A stretch of 63,317 bases of DNA, filler included, from Collodictyon triciliatum (lineage: Eukaryota): NCBI GenBank assembly GCA_043381765.1. It is 53 parts of 53 records of this genome, joined end to end, with 100 filler letters (N's around TTAATTAATTAA, not from the genome) between each part and the next. Parts side by side here need not be neighbours in the genome. Positions count along the whole stretch, not along the records: positions 22,822 to 23,919 come from JBHJMP010012314.1; positions 24,020 to 25,116 come from JBHJMP010012315.1; positions 25,217 to 26,313 come from JBHJMP010012316.1; positions 26,414 to 27,510 come from JBHJMP010012317.1; positions 27,611 to 28,707 come from JBHJMP010012318.1; positions 28,808 to 29,904 come from JBHJMP010012319.1; positions 30,005 to 31,101 come from JBHJMP010012320.1; positions 31,202 to 32,298 come from JBHJMP010012321.1; 45 more parts are not named here. One strand, written 5' to 3'. A program made the translations under genes and the position numbers. Below the pieces are notes generated by a model. It searched no databases and was not told the origin of the DNA. It saw only the letters and a program-made list of their open reading frames with translations. How positions within the stretch are numbered: position 1 is the first letter of the stretch; every line of letters starts with the position of its first letter. Below are positions 23,834 to 37,179 of this stretch, piece after piece.

Positions 23834-26800
23834 TTCGCCCAGTGTGGCCCGGCGCTCTGCCTATGAGCGCATTGGGGGACTAACGTTCCCCATCTTGAAG
23901 GGTGGCTCAAAGAATCTTTNNNNNNNNNNNNNNNNNNNNNNNNNNNNNNNNNNNNNNNNNNNNTTAATTAATTAANNNNNNNNNNNNNNNNNNNNNNNNN
24001 NNNNNNNNNNNNNNNNNNNAAAAAACGAAAAAACGAAAAAACGAAAAAACGAAAAAACGAAAAAACGAAAAAACGAAAAAACGAAAAAACGAAAAAACGA
24101 AAAAACGAAAAAACGAAAAAAACGAAAAAACGAAAAACAAAAAACAAAAAACATAAAGGGTTTACAATAAAAAAAATTAACTACCTTTTAAACAAGTGAT
24201 ATATGTGAGTTATACAGTACAATTTTGTGAACATAAATTTGAAAGCGATTAAAGAATTTTTGATTTGCTTCATTCTTTATCGTGTTTATTTGAAAATGAA
24301 AATTTAGGTAGCCTATGTGCCAATTCTAATTTTTAATAGTGACATCGTCGATATCGCCCCCGACAGCAAACTGAATCCCAATGTTCTCCTCCTGTTCAAG
24401 ACATTTTGGAGATATTATAATAACATTTGGAATGTAAAATCACGACCAGTTCATGAAAAATACGGGGTAAAATGAATTAAAATATCTTTTTAGATTCACA
24501 AATATGTCTATATATACACTTATTTTAGAGATGGTTTGGTGTTTTTCATACTAATCGAAAAATTATAAGCATTCTAATTATCATTCAGTGTAAAATAAAA
24601 AGAAGTCGACTTACATTTTTCTTGTCTCGAAGTTTTTCATTTTATTTGCACCAGTACGTATACACCGAAGTTATTAACAATCACTGAAACTCAACCCAAT
24701 TTTGTCATCAAATACATCCTTTTGTTTCCATAGATATCAGGAAAATGGGCGAATATAATAAATAAACAAGATGTTGTTTATGTACGGCAGCGACAATCGA
24801 TACTTTTTTGGGTCCAGCATGAAAAAAATAAGCCCAGTTCAGTTTTGATTGGTCGTGGTAGATTGAGTGGCAATATTGCCTCCATCCAGTTATACAATAT
24901 GACAAGCATGAGACGAAGCTTACGCACATTCCAACTATCTCTAGTAAAGAAGGTTAGATGCCTTTACCATTAGGCAGTTATGTTTTTTTAAGAATCTAAT
25001 TGTAATATTTTTTAAAAACAAAAGAAAAACAAAAGAAAAACAAAAGAAAAACAAAAGAAAAACAAAAGAAAAACAAAAGAAAAACAAAAGAAAAACAAAA
25101 GAAAAACAAAAGAAAANNNNNNNNNNNNNNNNNNNNNNNNNNNNNNNNNNNNNNNNNNNNTTAATTAATTAANNNNNNNNNNNNNNNNNNNNNNNNNNNN
25201 NNNNNNNNNNNNNNNNGTTTTTTGTTTTTTGTTTTTTGTTTTTTGTTTTTTGTTTTTTGTTTTTTGTTTTTTGTTTTTGTTTTGTTTTGTTTTGTCTGTA
25301 TTCTCGCACTCGACCACAGATTCCTCTTGTCCGGTCTCTTAGGCACACAAAACCCATTACGCCTTGAATAAACGTTCGTTCAGATACTCTCGACCATTAG
25401 GGCATACAGATAGAAGCAACCGTGGGGCAGTCATGCACTGCATCATGCTCATCTCGAAAGAAGAAGAAAAACAAAAGAAAAGATAAACAGCCAGCCTGGG
25501 TTTGACTTGGTCAGCCAACGCGCCCTTCTAGTTATTGTGACTCACACAGCCCGGGGAATATGGCGATAAAAGAGGCAAATGAGAGCGAAGAGGTCTTTGG
25601 CGTGATGATGATACGAATAAAAAGGCATCAATGATGGCGACCTGGTCGGGTGGGCGACCTGACTGCTTGGTGGGTTATGTGGATAGCGATAGGTTGGATG
25701 CACTGCACGTTGAGAGATATCATACAAATCTTTTTTTTTTTTATTCTAAAATTCTTAGCTGTTGAGCCCGTCTCAACAATCTTTCATTCAACCACCAGGC
25801 AAGTGTATCATACGAATCTTTCTCACATCCCTTTTCGCGTGCGGTCTACAGCGAAGAACGCACATGATTTGCAACAATCTATTCAAGAAGCTGTATTGCA
25901 CAAGATTATCCAGTCTGGACCGCCTGATTTCTTTTACATTCTGTTTGCTGGAGCAAGTGAAAGCACCCGCGCTCCGCCAGAAAACAGCTTTGGTCGCCGT
26001 TGTTACTGGAACTTTTATTTTCCAGATATAATTTATTTATTTGGAAAACGGTATTAATATGTGGAAATTACACTAAGTAGTCCGAAATGAATTCACTGGC
26101 TTTTTACGATGTTTCTTTTCCGTGCTTTGCTGTGGTTCATTGAGAGGTAGCGAAGTCGAAGAAGCTGACACGAATTATTATTATTATCATTATTGTTATA
26201 AGTATTATTCTTTTATTCTTTTATTCTTTTATTCTTTTATTCTTTTATTCTTTTATTCTTTTATTCTTTTATTCTTTTATTCTTTTATTCTTTTATTCTT
26301 TTATTCTTTTATTNNNNNNNNNNNNNNNNNNNNNNNNNNNNNNNNNNNNNNNNNNNNTTAATTAATTAANNNNNNNNNNNNNNNNNNNNNNNNNNNNNNN
26401 NNNNNNNNNNNNNTTTTATAATATGAAAAGCCATTAGGGGATTTAGACTCTTCGCGACCATTTTCCAACAGGAAAGGAGCTTCTTCTGCAATTCTTTTCA
26501 AAGTAACGCATGGAAAAAAGACACGCTTTGGGGTCAAACAGTATTTATCCGCATTACACAAAAGCGATTTTTCTCATTTTATTCCTATGTAAGTGATTGT
26601 GACCTCAATTGGGAAAGAAATCGGTGAATACTGGATGAAAACTTAACCTGACTTAAACATGAGCGAAACCACCCTCAGAGTCAGTGTTGTGTGTTTCTTG
26701 CTTGTGATTAACAAATCCAAGTTCGGAGTTTTGAAAAAAATAAAAGGCAGAGTCAGTGTTCGCGGTATCAGTAATATACAATTGTGGAATATAATGATTG

Positions 26801-27610
26801 ATGATGACGAAGTTGATTACGATTTTCTAATTTGTACACCAATAATGGAATTTATAATAAATAATCATACTTCGGCGGATTAAAGATTTCGATTGTTTAT
26901 GTGTACTAAATTTCAGAATGAATATATAAACTATACGCGACTTCAGGCTGCAAGCTCTACACTAAGCGTCCTTTTTGTAGCCTGTAGTTGGACAGTGATT
27001 AGAACAATAAATGGTTATAGCATAGAACAAAAGAATCGTTTTCATCTAAATCTTTTTCCAAAACTCTGAACGACGCCACCACTACACATGAATATTGAAA
27101 GCAGAGAGAGGAAAACAAGAGTATTCCAGTAGGTAATATTAAAAAAGCCATGTGTGGCACGCATATTTCGGGTGATGGGTCAGTTTATGCCTGATTGAAA
27201 GACCAAATCAAAGCATAAGTTGAGACTTGAGGTGTTTTATACTCAACTGTGGCTCTTGTTAAAAAGCAGACGCATTTCACTTGGAAGTTCTTGTTGGCAT
27301 CCGTATTTTGGACCTCGATATTCTTCCATCTTGTTTCTGAAAGTGGCGGGGGAAGCCCTCACATGTGTCTATTTTTCGATTTTCATCGCCGACAGATTTC
27401 CAAAATTTCTGTAACATCTTACATCAGTTCCCCTTCTACAAATCGCTGCTTTCTATTCTTATGCCCTTCCTAATCTCCTGGTTGAAATATTCGAAATCAG
27501 CTTCCTTTCANNNNNNNNNNNNNNNNNNNNNNNNNNNNNNNNNNNNNNNNNNNNTTAATTAATTAANNNNNNNNNNNNNNNNNNNNNNNNNNNNNNNNNN
27601 NNNNNNNNNN

Positions 27611-28413
27611 ACGGGGTCGTAGAGCTGCAGAGCGCGGACGTGCACATTTTCGCTGTGAGATGTATTTGTCCAGCAGGGGAGATTTGAGATGCCACGCGGG
27701 GCTCTCTTTATGGTTTGTGTATATCCAGCGTTTATATAGAGATTTTTCAGATTTGTGAGTGCTGTGATCTGTGCTGGAAGCTCCTCCATCTGTGTGTATC
27801 GTTGTCAGTCACTTTCTTTTTAAGCATAAATAGTAATAATATATGAATAAAATCATACCGGATTGTCACGAACAGAAAGTTCTGTGAGACCAGTCAAACA
27901 CGATATTTGTGCAGGTAGTGATGACAGCTGATTGCTTTGAACATAAAGTTCTGTGAGACCAGTCAAACACGATATTTGTGCAGGTAACGATGACAACTGA
28001 TTGTTATCAAGATCCAATCGTTCCAGACCAGTCAAACACAATATTTGTGCAGGTAGTGATGACAGCTGATTGTTATAAACATGAAGTACACTGAGACCAG
28101 TCAAACACGATATTTGTGCAGGTAGTGATGACAACTGATTGTCACATACAGAAAGAAATATGAGACCAGTCAAACACGATATTTGTGCAGGTAGTGATGA
28201 CAGCTCATTGTCATAAAGATACAATGCTTTCAGACCAGTCAACAAAAAAACACCAGGCGGCACAGATGATAGATTCCTGCCATCGAGACCCAGATATGTG
28301 GATCTTTTCAGGGTGGCAATATCAGTAATTGATCTCTCATAGCCATCTGTAGAGAGTTTCAGGACTTCTTCCAAAAGCGCATCCACTTGGGCAGGTGTGA
28401 GACAGTCGGACAT
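27611..28413 (-). CDS. Leucine-rich-repeat protein (23-aa repeats), N-terminal part, 2 exons
   Basis: Probable ATG at 28413. Tandem 69-nt units LSSLPAQISCLTGLxxLxLxxNQ. A GT-AG intron (27858-27790) joins in frame to MEELPAQITALTNLKNLYI. Confidence 0.93.
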
Positions 28414-28807
28414 CTGGACAGATTCTGACTGTATATATGGGTAGACTGACTGGGTGTCAATACAATACACATCATTTATCTGTTTTATAAGTGAACTTGA
28501 CAATCACACAGGACAGAATAACTCGAGTCAGGACGGAGGGTTGTGCACACGGAGATCAGAAAGTACTTTGTGAATAAAAAAAGTAAAGTAAGGATTTCGA
28601 CAAGACGAGGTTAAATATCCCGCAAAGGCCGGCGGATTTTTCAGAGAAGACGACTTGTGCAGAACTTGTGTGCTTGTGCTTCCTTGGAAATTCACCGGTT
28701 CGGGGTTNNNNNNNNNNNNNNNNNNNNNNNNNNNNNNNNNNNNNNNNNNNNTTAATTAATTAANNNNNNNNNNNNNNNNNNNNNNNNNNNNNNNNNNNNN
28801 NNNNNNN

Positions 28808-29708
28808 TGGGTGGACCCTTTCGATTCTATAGGCGTTGGGGACCCCTGATGTGATTTCGTTGATTTTGAAACAGTTTTTCCTAAATGTCGAGTGGGCTTA
28901 GTTGTTTTGGGTGTTAAGACTATTTGACAAGAATCCTCCAATCCACATAACGATTTTTGAACTGATGATTGGTGGTAGGGTATATTATTAATCTTCGTCG
29001 CAATTGAATTGTGTTCTGTCTGCGTTACTGATTTTATTGCTGATGTATGCGTATTTAACCCGTTTTGTGCAATGACATTGCTAGCGGAACCCTGCCATGA
29101 TGCTTCTGAAATAGGTGGTCTGGCATTGTTTGATTCCTCTGAGGAAGTACATTTTAATTCATCTGTAGTGACATGCATCGCAGCTGTATGTGCCATTTGC
29201 TCACTGAACGGGCTGCTTTCAGATGCCGATTGGCTTGGTAGGGTCTTCAATTCTTCAGATTCTGACTGTGAATAGAATAGGTCATCTAAACGATTGCATA
29301 TTTTTAATGGTCTATCTGACAGAATTTTGTTGAAGTTGGATATGTCTGTTTCTTTTGGCGTAGACAGCATGGTACTGAATCTTGTGAGTCTTAAAAGTTT
29401 ATCCTGACGTCTAACACGGTATTTTTGCACTGATAATAATGAATCGCTTTGATAACATTTTGTTTTAACAGAGCACATCTTTTTCGACCTCTCCGACCTG
29501 ATATGCATTATCTTATATGTGCTATAATTCGGGTTCGATTGTATGTTAGTTTCACGCACTGTCTCTGTATGGGAAATATGTTTCATCCCCAAACGTGTTC
29601 CATATTCATGTTGTTTTCTAGGTGATTCTGATGCTTCCCTATAATGGTCGCTAGTCTTGGGCCTATCTAAAGAGTTGTCCGGCTTTGAAGAATGCTGAGC
29701 GATGTGAC
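28808..29708 (-). CDS. Hypothetical Ser/Thr-rich protein, large exon
   Basis: About 300 open codons from an AG acceptor near 29709 to the contig end. No domain recognised. Confidence 0.55.
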
Positions 29709-30060
29709 CTATGTGTATAATGGTTTGCTTTTCTTTTTTTCTTTTTTTCTTTTTTTCTTTTTTTTCTTTTTTTCTTTTTTCTTTTTTCTTTTTTCTTTTT
29801 TCTTTTTTTCTTTTTTTCTTTTTTTCTTTTTTTCTTTTTTTCTTTTTTCTTTTTTCTTTTTTCTTTTTTCTTTTTTCTTTTTTCTTTTTTCTTTTTTCTT
29901 TTTTNNNNNNNNNNNNNNNNNNNNNNNNNNNNNNNNNNNNNNNNNNNNTTAATTAATTAANNNNNNNNNNNNNNNNNNNNNNNNNNNNNNNNNNNNNNNN
30001 NNNNGTTAGATATGCATAGGGAAAAAAAACAAAAAAAAAACCAAAAAAAACAACAAAAAA

Positions 30061-30094
<34 letters not shown>

Positions 30095-30248
30095 AAAGAA
30101 CTAAAATAAGGGCATCACCCGCAGCACTTTGAATCGAATATAAAGAGAAAAAAATACAGAAACGCGAGGGAAAGACTATGTGGCGCATATATATTTTGTA
30201 AAATCCTCATTTTAAGTTTATTCTTCTGAAGTCTATAACTCTCGGTAC

Positions 30249-30999
30249 TCAATCCACACGTGAGTAGGAGCTCTTTGAGGGACGGTATATTGTAAAATAC
30301 CACAAAATTAACGAAAGAATCAACCCGCAAAGACTTATCAAGAAAACCGCGAGAACTCCTGCCGTACCCATCAGCGGAACAACACATGCAGTCCAGAGGC
30401 CGCCCCCAAGAATTGGTTCGAATAGCAACTGTGGAATGTTAACTGAATCTCCGGTGCAAACAACATAGCGAAAATTAAATAGCAGAATATAAAGGATCAA
30501 ACTCATCAGTGCATTATTTAGTAAACAAAGTGAGTCATGTGCAGCGAAATAAACCTGTTTGTAAGAGAACGATTCCAAGACTGGCGTTTCATTTCGGGGG
30601 TCAACAGAGCGAAGGAGTAGAACACCCGTGGCGGTTACGCCCATTTCCTTACCAATTAAAACAGAAAAAGTAATTAAATAGGCTGACAGGCCTGCTAGAT
30701 TGTCAAACTGAACTAAACTAGACATGAATGTACCTTGTAATTCATATACACCATATGATAATGTCTAAGTTTCATACCTGTCCCAGTTCTGCTATTGCCC
30801 GTTCAAACCAGAAATTGGGCACCATGCGCCGGCAAATGAAAAAAAAGCACACCATATGCCAACCAATACCAACGGCCATTAGAATAACAAAAGGTCCAAT
30901 GTTATCCCACACTGCTTCAACATTCATTGTGGATATAGCACCAACAACCAAGAAATCAAGGGAAGTTCCTGATATTCTCGAAACCAGAGCAGGGTTCAC
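30249..30999 (-). CDS. gltS: Sodium/glutamate symporter, GltS/ESS-family-like, C-terminal part, 3 exons
   Basis: Exons ending 30778, 30647-30555 and 30428-30249 splice to RISGTSLDFLVVGAISTM...WFERAIAELGQ/EMGVTATGVLLLRSVDP...FSYKQ/LLFEPILGGGLWTA, matching the bacterial GltS C-terminal pattern. Confidence 0.8.
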
Positions 31000-31058
31000 T
31001 TTGGAGGAGGAGGAGAGAGAGGGAGAGAGGGAGAGAGCGAGAGAGGGAGAGAGGGAGA

Positions 31059-31101
<43 letters not shown>

Positions 31102-32202
31102 NNNNNNNNNNNNNNNNNNNNNNNNNNNNNNNNNNNNNNNNNNNNTTAATTAATTAANNNNNNNNNNNNNNNNNNNNNNNNNNNNNNNNNNNNNNNNNNN
31201 NATAATAATTAAAAAAAAAAACACTCACACACACACACACACAAAAAAAAAAAAGCAATTTGAAAGGTCATTAAAATAGAATGCCTTACTTATAGAATGT
31301 ATTGGATAAACCGTATACATATCAATTTATCTATAATATCACTCCATGTGTCTCACCAGGTAGCCCCATACGGCGACGGTGCTCTCTTCTGAGTAGAATA
31401 TTGGATACAAATTCCTTGCATTCAGTGACAACCATATCCATCCCTCCAAAATCGTCGATGGCGAAAGTAGAATCAGGCCTGTAATCGGATACCGCAATAC
31501 CATTATCGATATGAGATACAATCACATTTGTAAAAAAAAAAACCATTAAATATGTAATGAAATACGTTCATAAGATTAAATGAAAGGGAGTGGAGGCTCT
31601 GTCGGTAAATGTTCCATCCTTGATGCGGAGTGCAAAGACACACCCATGCGCTATTCAATCAGAAACATCCACCCCATCCAAATGTCTTTTCGTTATGCGA
31701 AACGGAACATGGCAGTTTTTTTTAGAATTTAGATTCAAGTACCAATTCTCGGCCCCTTGAAGCGTAACTGCGGAGCCTATAGTGATATCTTTGGGGATAT
31801 CTTCAACTCTAAGGGTCAATTTAATGATATGAGAAACAGTGCAAAAGACTTTTCGCTCTCTAAGTTCATCATTTATGATGACACTCAAAAACGTAAGGAA
31901 TGGTTTATGTATACCTATATATTTTAAAATATCTAATTTCAAGTTAATTTAAATCTGTATAATATTTGAGGCAACCGAAGGTAGTAGTATGGGTGGTGTA
32001 GAATATGCTTCCATTTTTCCTCGTATGAAAATTCGGGCATCTCTGATGGGATTGGAATAGGACTTCCTTTTTGTTCCTCTGCCTTGAATGTTTGTCCGTT
32101 CGCATACAAAACGTATTGTCTTTTGTCGTGGTAAATGTACATCGTAAAGAGAGGTTTCAATATCAAAAATAAAATATCTTTTTGGCCATATATTAGTATA
32201 TG

Positions 32203-32298
<96 letters not shown>

Positions 32299-32496
32299 NN
32301 NNNNNNNNNNNNNNNNNNNNNNNNNNNNNNNNNNNNNNNNNNTTAATTAATTAANNNNNNNNNNNNNNNNNNNNNNNNNNNNNNNNNNNNNNNNNNNNTT
32401 CGTTATTAAATTATAAAGAATGAAATAAAATGATAAAATATTAATTCTTTTTTTTTTAAAAAAAAAAACAGGTCCAGTATGCAGCCTTGATTGAGA

Positions 32497-33433
32497 AGCC
32501 TGCATGCAGCCGAGTGTTCTTTTACTTTCGAGACGAGTCAATCGCTGTGGCAACAGCCAAAAATGAAGAAGAAAGGAAATTATACCAGGCTGAAAATGAA
32601 GAGAGTGTTTGTCTTTCTTACATTTGTAAACCACAAAAAAAAATAGCACACCTAAAAACACGCGTGTCATTTCGAGTCCGAGCATTTAATCCTTTCTATA
32701 TTTATGTTTCATACTTAGCGAAAAAAGCAAGAAAAACTAAAGGCTTCTATCAAGTTGAAGTATAGCTATGTGACATATGATAGTCCAAAAGCTTACTCTG
32801 ACTTTATGACAGCCCATCTTACGTTCGCCATAAACCGAGACTTTTCTACTGACTGGGTAATTACATTTTTATATAGTTTTTTGAAAATTTTTGTTAAATA
32901 ACAGATATATTCATACTATGATGCCAGAATTTGACACACTCTATACTTTTTTTTTAAGAAAAATTATAATCATAACAAAGATAAGGGATCCTGAAGAACA
33001 GGCGCAACAACAATTCAAAATGCACCGCCTTATTGGCTTTGGAGGAAGGAAGGAATTCTTGGGGACTTTAGTAACAAAAGTAAGATAGATGAATAGTCAA
33101 TTATCAAATTCTATTCCTTGAAGTTCGATATGACGTTAAGTGACATGAAATTAATACATTATTCATTTTTCCTTTATTTCGATTCAAAAATACATCATAA
33201 TTTTTTTTAAAAAAAATAAAGCAAAAATATCGAAGAATAACACCACATATATAGGTTATGTCGCAGCTCCAAAAACATGACGACGATATAACTATATTGG
33301 CTGCTGAATCTGGAATTGGAAAGTCGTCTTTGATGGCTGCTACCATTAGAGAATTACATGCACAAAACGATCCATGTTTGAATATAGTTTATCATTTTGT
33401 TGGATGTACCAACTGGAGCAACTTTGTGGAGAG
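32497..33433 (+). CDS. STAND/NACHT P-loop NTPase fragment (TEP1/NPHP3-like architecture), multi-exon
   Basis: RVFFYFRD upstream, FGGRKEFL, Walker A ILAAESGIGKSSLMA, then IVYHFVGCT. Confidence 0.65.
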
Positions 33434-33711
33434 GTATTTTGTTAGAATTGTAGTGTATCAACATAAATATCAACCAGAGGGTGATTATATAAATNNNNNN
33501 NNNNNNNNNNNNNNNNNNNNNNNNNNNNNNNNNNNNNNTTAATTAATTAANNNNNNNNNNNNNNNNNNNNNNNNNNNNNNNNNNNNNNNNNNNNAAAAGA
33601 AAAAGAAAAAGAAAAAGAAAAAGAAAAAGAAAAAGAAAAAGAAAAAGAAAAAGAAAAAGAAAAAGAAAAAGAAAAAGAAAAAGAAAAAAGAAAAGTGAGA
33701 TAAAATAATAC

Positions 33712-34587
33712 CATCCCAAAAAACATAATCGAAAACAACTGTGGGGCCGGTAGAAGACGTAGTGCGTCTGGAAATGCGATGAAAACGAGAGCAGGTCCAG
33801 CTTCCACAACTTCATCGATAGGAACACCCTTTTTGAGGCAATCAAATACGAAAAAGAATGTATCAGGCACGACATTTTTGAATGAATCAACATATGAATA
33901 ATCTTAAATTATATTTCATAATCGACAGCAACTAGACATTCAGTGTGTCACGGTGATAAAGAAAGTACCTTTGTGTGTGCCATGTGCCCAAGCATGCAAA
34001 ATACTGTCATGGCCGCAAAAATAGAGAATAAAACATCGCAAATGGAAATGATATACGTTTTATGAACAATATTGTCTGTTGGCTCGGTGTAACTCCCATA
34101 AGAAATCATTATGCCGCTAGCGACCGAAAGAGAGAAGAAAATCTGTGACATGGCCGCTATATATATCAGGAGGTCAATATTACAAGACAAATTATCTGTG
34201 AGCAAAATGTAACGCACTTTGGTTCATTTAAAGCCTTATATTAAAAAAAAAAAGCAAAGCAAGTGTTAGCAGAATATGTGTATTTCACTACCACGTTTTA
34301 TCTATCATAATAAGAAACGAAATAAAAATGAGAAGAAAAAATATAAAAACAAAAGAAAGACACATTAGAGAGGAAAATGAAAATTGAAAATAACCTGTAT
34401 ATTATATATTAGGGAAAAGTAGATAATTTGTTTAAAAGAAACCTATCCAAACTTCAGGTTCATAAAGTCGAGATAAGTTTGGATACCAGAAGTATCCCAA
34501 ACCAAGAGATGAGCCCTCCAATGTTAATCCAGTTATGAATAAAATAAGCATTAAAATAACAGGAATCGGCATCGTCCGAACAGCCAC
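33712..34587 (-). CDS. Sodium:neurotransmitter symporter (NSS/SLC6) family transporter fragment, 3 exons
   Basis: GLTLEGSSLGLGYFWYPNLSRLYEPEVWI/AAMSQIFFSLSVASGIMISYGSY...VFCMLGHMA/GVPIDEVVEAGPALVFIAFPDALRLLPAPQLFSIMFFGM. Confidence 0.92.
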
Positions 34588-34590
34588 CTT

Positions 34591-34689
<99 letters not shown>

Positions 34690-35790
34690 NNNNNNNNNNN
34701 NNNNNNNNNNNNNNNNNNNNNNNNNNNNNNNNNTTAATTAATTAANNNNNNNNNNNNNNNNNNNNNNNNNNNNNNNNNNNNNNNNNNNNTTTGTTCATTT
34801 GTTCATTTGTTCATTTGTTCATTTGTTCATTTGTTCATTTGTTCATTTGTTCATTTGTTCATTTGTTCATTTGTTCATTTGTTCATTTGTTCATTTGTTT
34901 ATTTGTTCAGTTATTTGCTTCTTGTTTGAGTATCCCAATATTCAGGTGTTTGCCGTCCCTCTTCTATGAGCACATGAACGCAACCCCCCGGCGATTTCTT
35001 TGCAAGCCGATCAGAATCCGTGTGCGACGGATTAATTCAGACGCGGTTTGTGTGTCTCTGTCTGAGTATCAAAGCGCAGTGCGATCGGTGCGAAATAAAC
35101 AACACAAGAACAAAGTGACAAAGTGAAAAAAGAGCTGCGAAGTGGCTGTTTATACGAAAAGGGCGGCGTCTAGAAATTTGAAATCCGCCACAACAATGAC
35201 ACTTACTGTTCTTGATCATCTACTCTATTTGTAACACTTTTTATACTTTATAGTGATTTTTAATCATTATGTGAGTTACATAATATTTTATATTATATTA
35301 TCCAGATATATAAATTCTATTACTATACTATGCACTAATTTTATAATTTTTTTTGATATGATAGTGCTTAAAATTGCAAATATGTAATGATAAACTATTT
35401 ATATTATAAAATCCAGAAGAAATGAGGTCGACTATCCATTTTGGATGTGCTCCAGAATAGGCTTGTGGTTGTCGCTTCGTGGCTGGCGTGTGTCTGTTGG
35501 TGGCTTCGCCTTGATGTCAGCCGCAAACGAGCATTTTCTGAACCATTTCCTTCAAATCTCGCTTTGGTGCATTCGCCTGTCTGGGATGAAGCAGCACTTT
35601 GAATTTGTATGTGAAATGTTATTTTCCCTTTCTCTCTCTCTCACTCTCCCTGTCTCTTTTGATCTCCCACGTTCAAAAAGAATAAGCCTGTCACTTTTGT
35701 GCGTGGGAAGGACTCGCGGTTGTCCTTATTTTGTGGGTGCTGAGTTATCCAGAGTGCTGGCTTCGGGTTTTGAAAGGACACTCGCCGCAC

Positions 35791-35884
<94 letters not shown>

Positions 35885-36001
35885 NNNNNNNNNNNNNNNN
35901 NNNNNNNNNNNNNNNNNNNNNNNNNNNNTTAATTAATTAANNNNNNNNNNNNNNNNNNNNNNNNNNNNNNNNNNNNNNNNNNNNTTTTTCTTTTTTTTTT
36001 T

Positions 36002-36077
<76 letters not shown>

Positions 36078-36180
36078 TTTCCGCGCCAGAAGCTGAATAA
36101 CATCTGCTCTAAGGAGCGTCATTTTGTACTACTTACCGTGAGTACCTTTTCCTGGGCCTTTAGCCACGCACACTTAAGCG

Positions 36181-36927
36181 ATGTCCTTTGTCTCCTTCGG
36201 AGCGGACACGACGCAACTTATCAATCCGTCGCCGGTGGTCAACACAGCCCCGCTGCCTTCGGCGCGGGCGGCGCTTTCGGCGAAGGACCCGCCGTCCGAG
36301 GATCAACTCCAACAGTGGTTTGTCTATGGTATGTGGAGCCTCCTTACTTTGCCTTGCAGTTGTCCACAAACCACGTATACAGAGTCGAGTGAGTATGTTT
36401 TTCTGCGTGTTGCTCTCACATCAGAGGGGCTGCACATAGTCCGTTTTCGCCTCAGAATCTCCTCTCTTTTGTTTTATCTTTGTTCGCCTTCTTATGCGCT
36501 TGCTGTGGTCGATAGATCTTATTAGGCACATCTGGGATCCTGAACACCCTCACACGTTAGAACAACTGAATGTAGTCCAGGAGCAACTTGTAAAGGTGTG
36601 GGTTGAGAATTTATCATAAATGCGATTACCCCTACAATCAACCATTACACTAATTATTGTTGTTTTTATCGCAATTTTCCTATCATCAGTATTGTCATGC
36701 TTTTCATGAATCAGCCTTTATAATTTATTTTTTTTTTTTGTATTTTGTTTGTTTGTTTGCGGATGCATATCTTTTTACTCTTTTTCACAAATCAGATGGA
36801 CTTCAGCAGAAAAGTACCTCAAATTCGCATTGAATTCACGCCAACCGTCCCTCATTGCACCTTGGCCACTTTAATAGGTCTTTGCATACGAACAAAATTA
36901 TTACGCGAGTTACCGTATAGATTCAAG
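36181..36927 (+). CDS. CIAO2: MIP18/FAM96 family cytosolic Fe-S assembly component, 3 exons, partial
   Basis: LINPSPVV.../[21 protein letters not shown]/...[35 protein letters not shown] with GT-AG introns. Confidence 0.92.
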
Positions 36928-37179
36928 GTAAGCTTGCATTAAAAATGGAGTTTAGTCATGATTTATTATTATTGTTATTATTATTGTTATTATTATTGTT
37001 ATTATTATTGTTATTATTATTGTTATTATTATTGTTATTATTATTGTTATTATTATTGTTATTATTATTGTTATTATTANNNNNNNNNNNNNNNNNNNNN
37101 NNNNNNNNNNNNNNNNNNNNNNNTTAATTAATTAANNNNNNNNNNNNNNNNNNNNNNNNNNNNNNNNNNNNNNNNNNNN

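Noticed and set aside
32140-32175. FDIET on the minus strand as a PolB exonuclease motif I
   Set aside because: No further PolB motifs follow in that frame, and the contig looks like a spliced host gene of unknown function.
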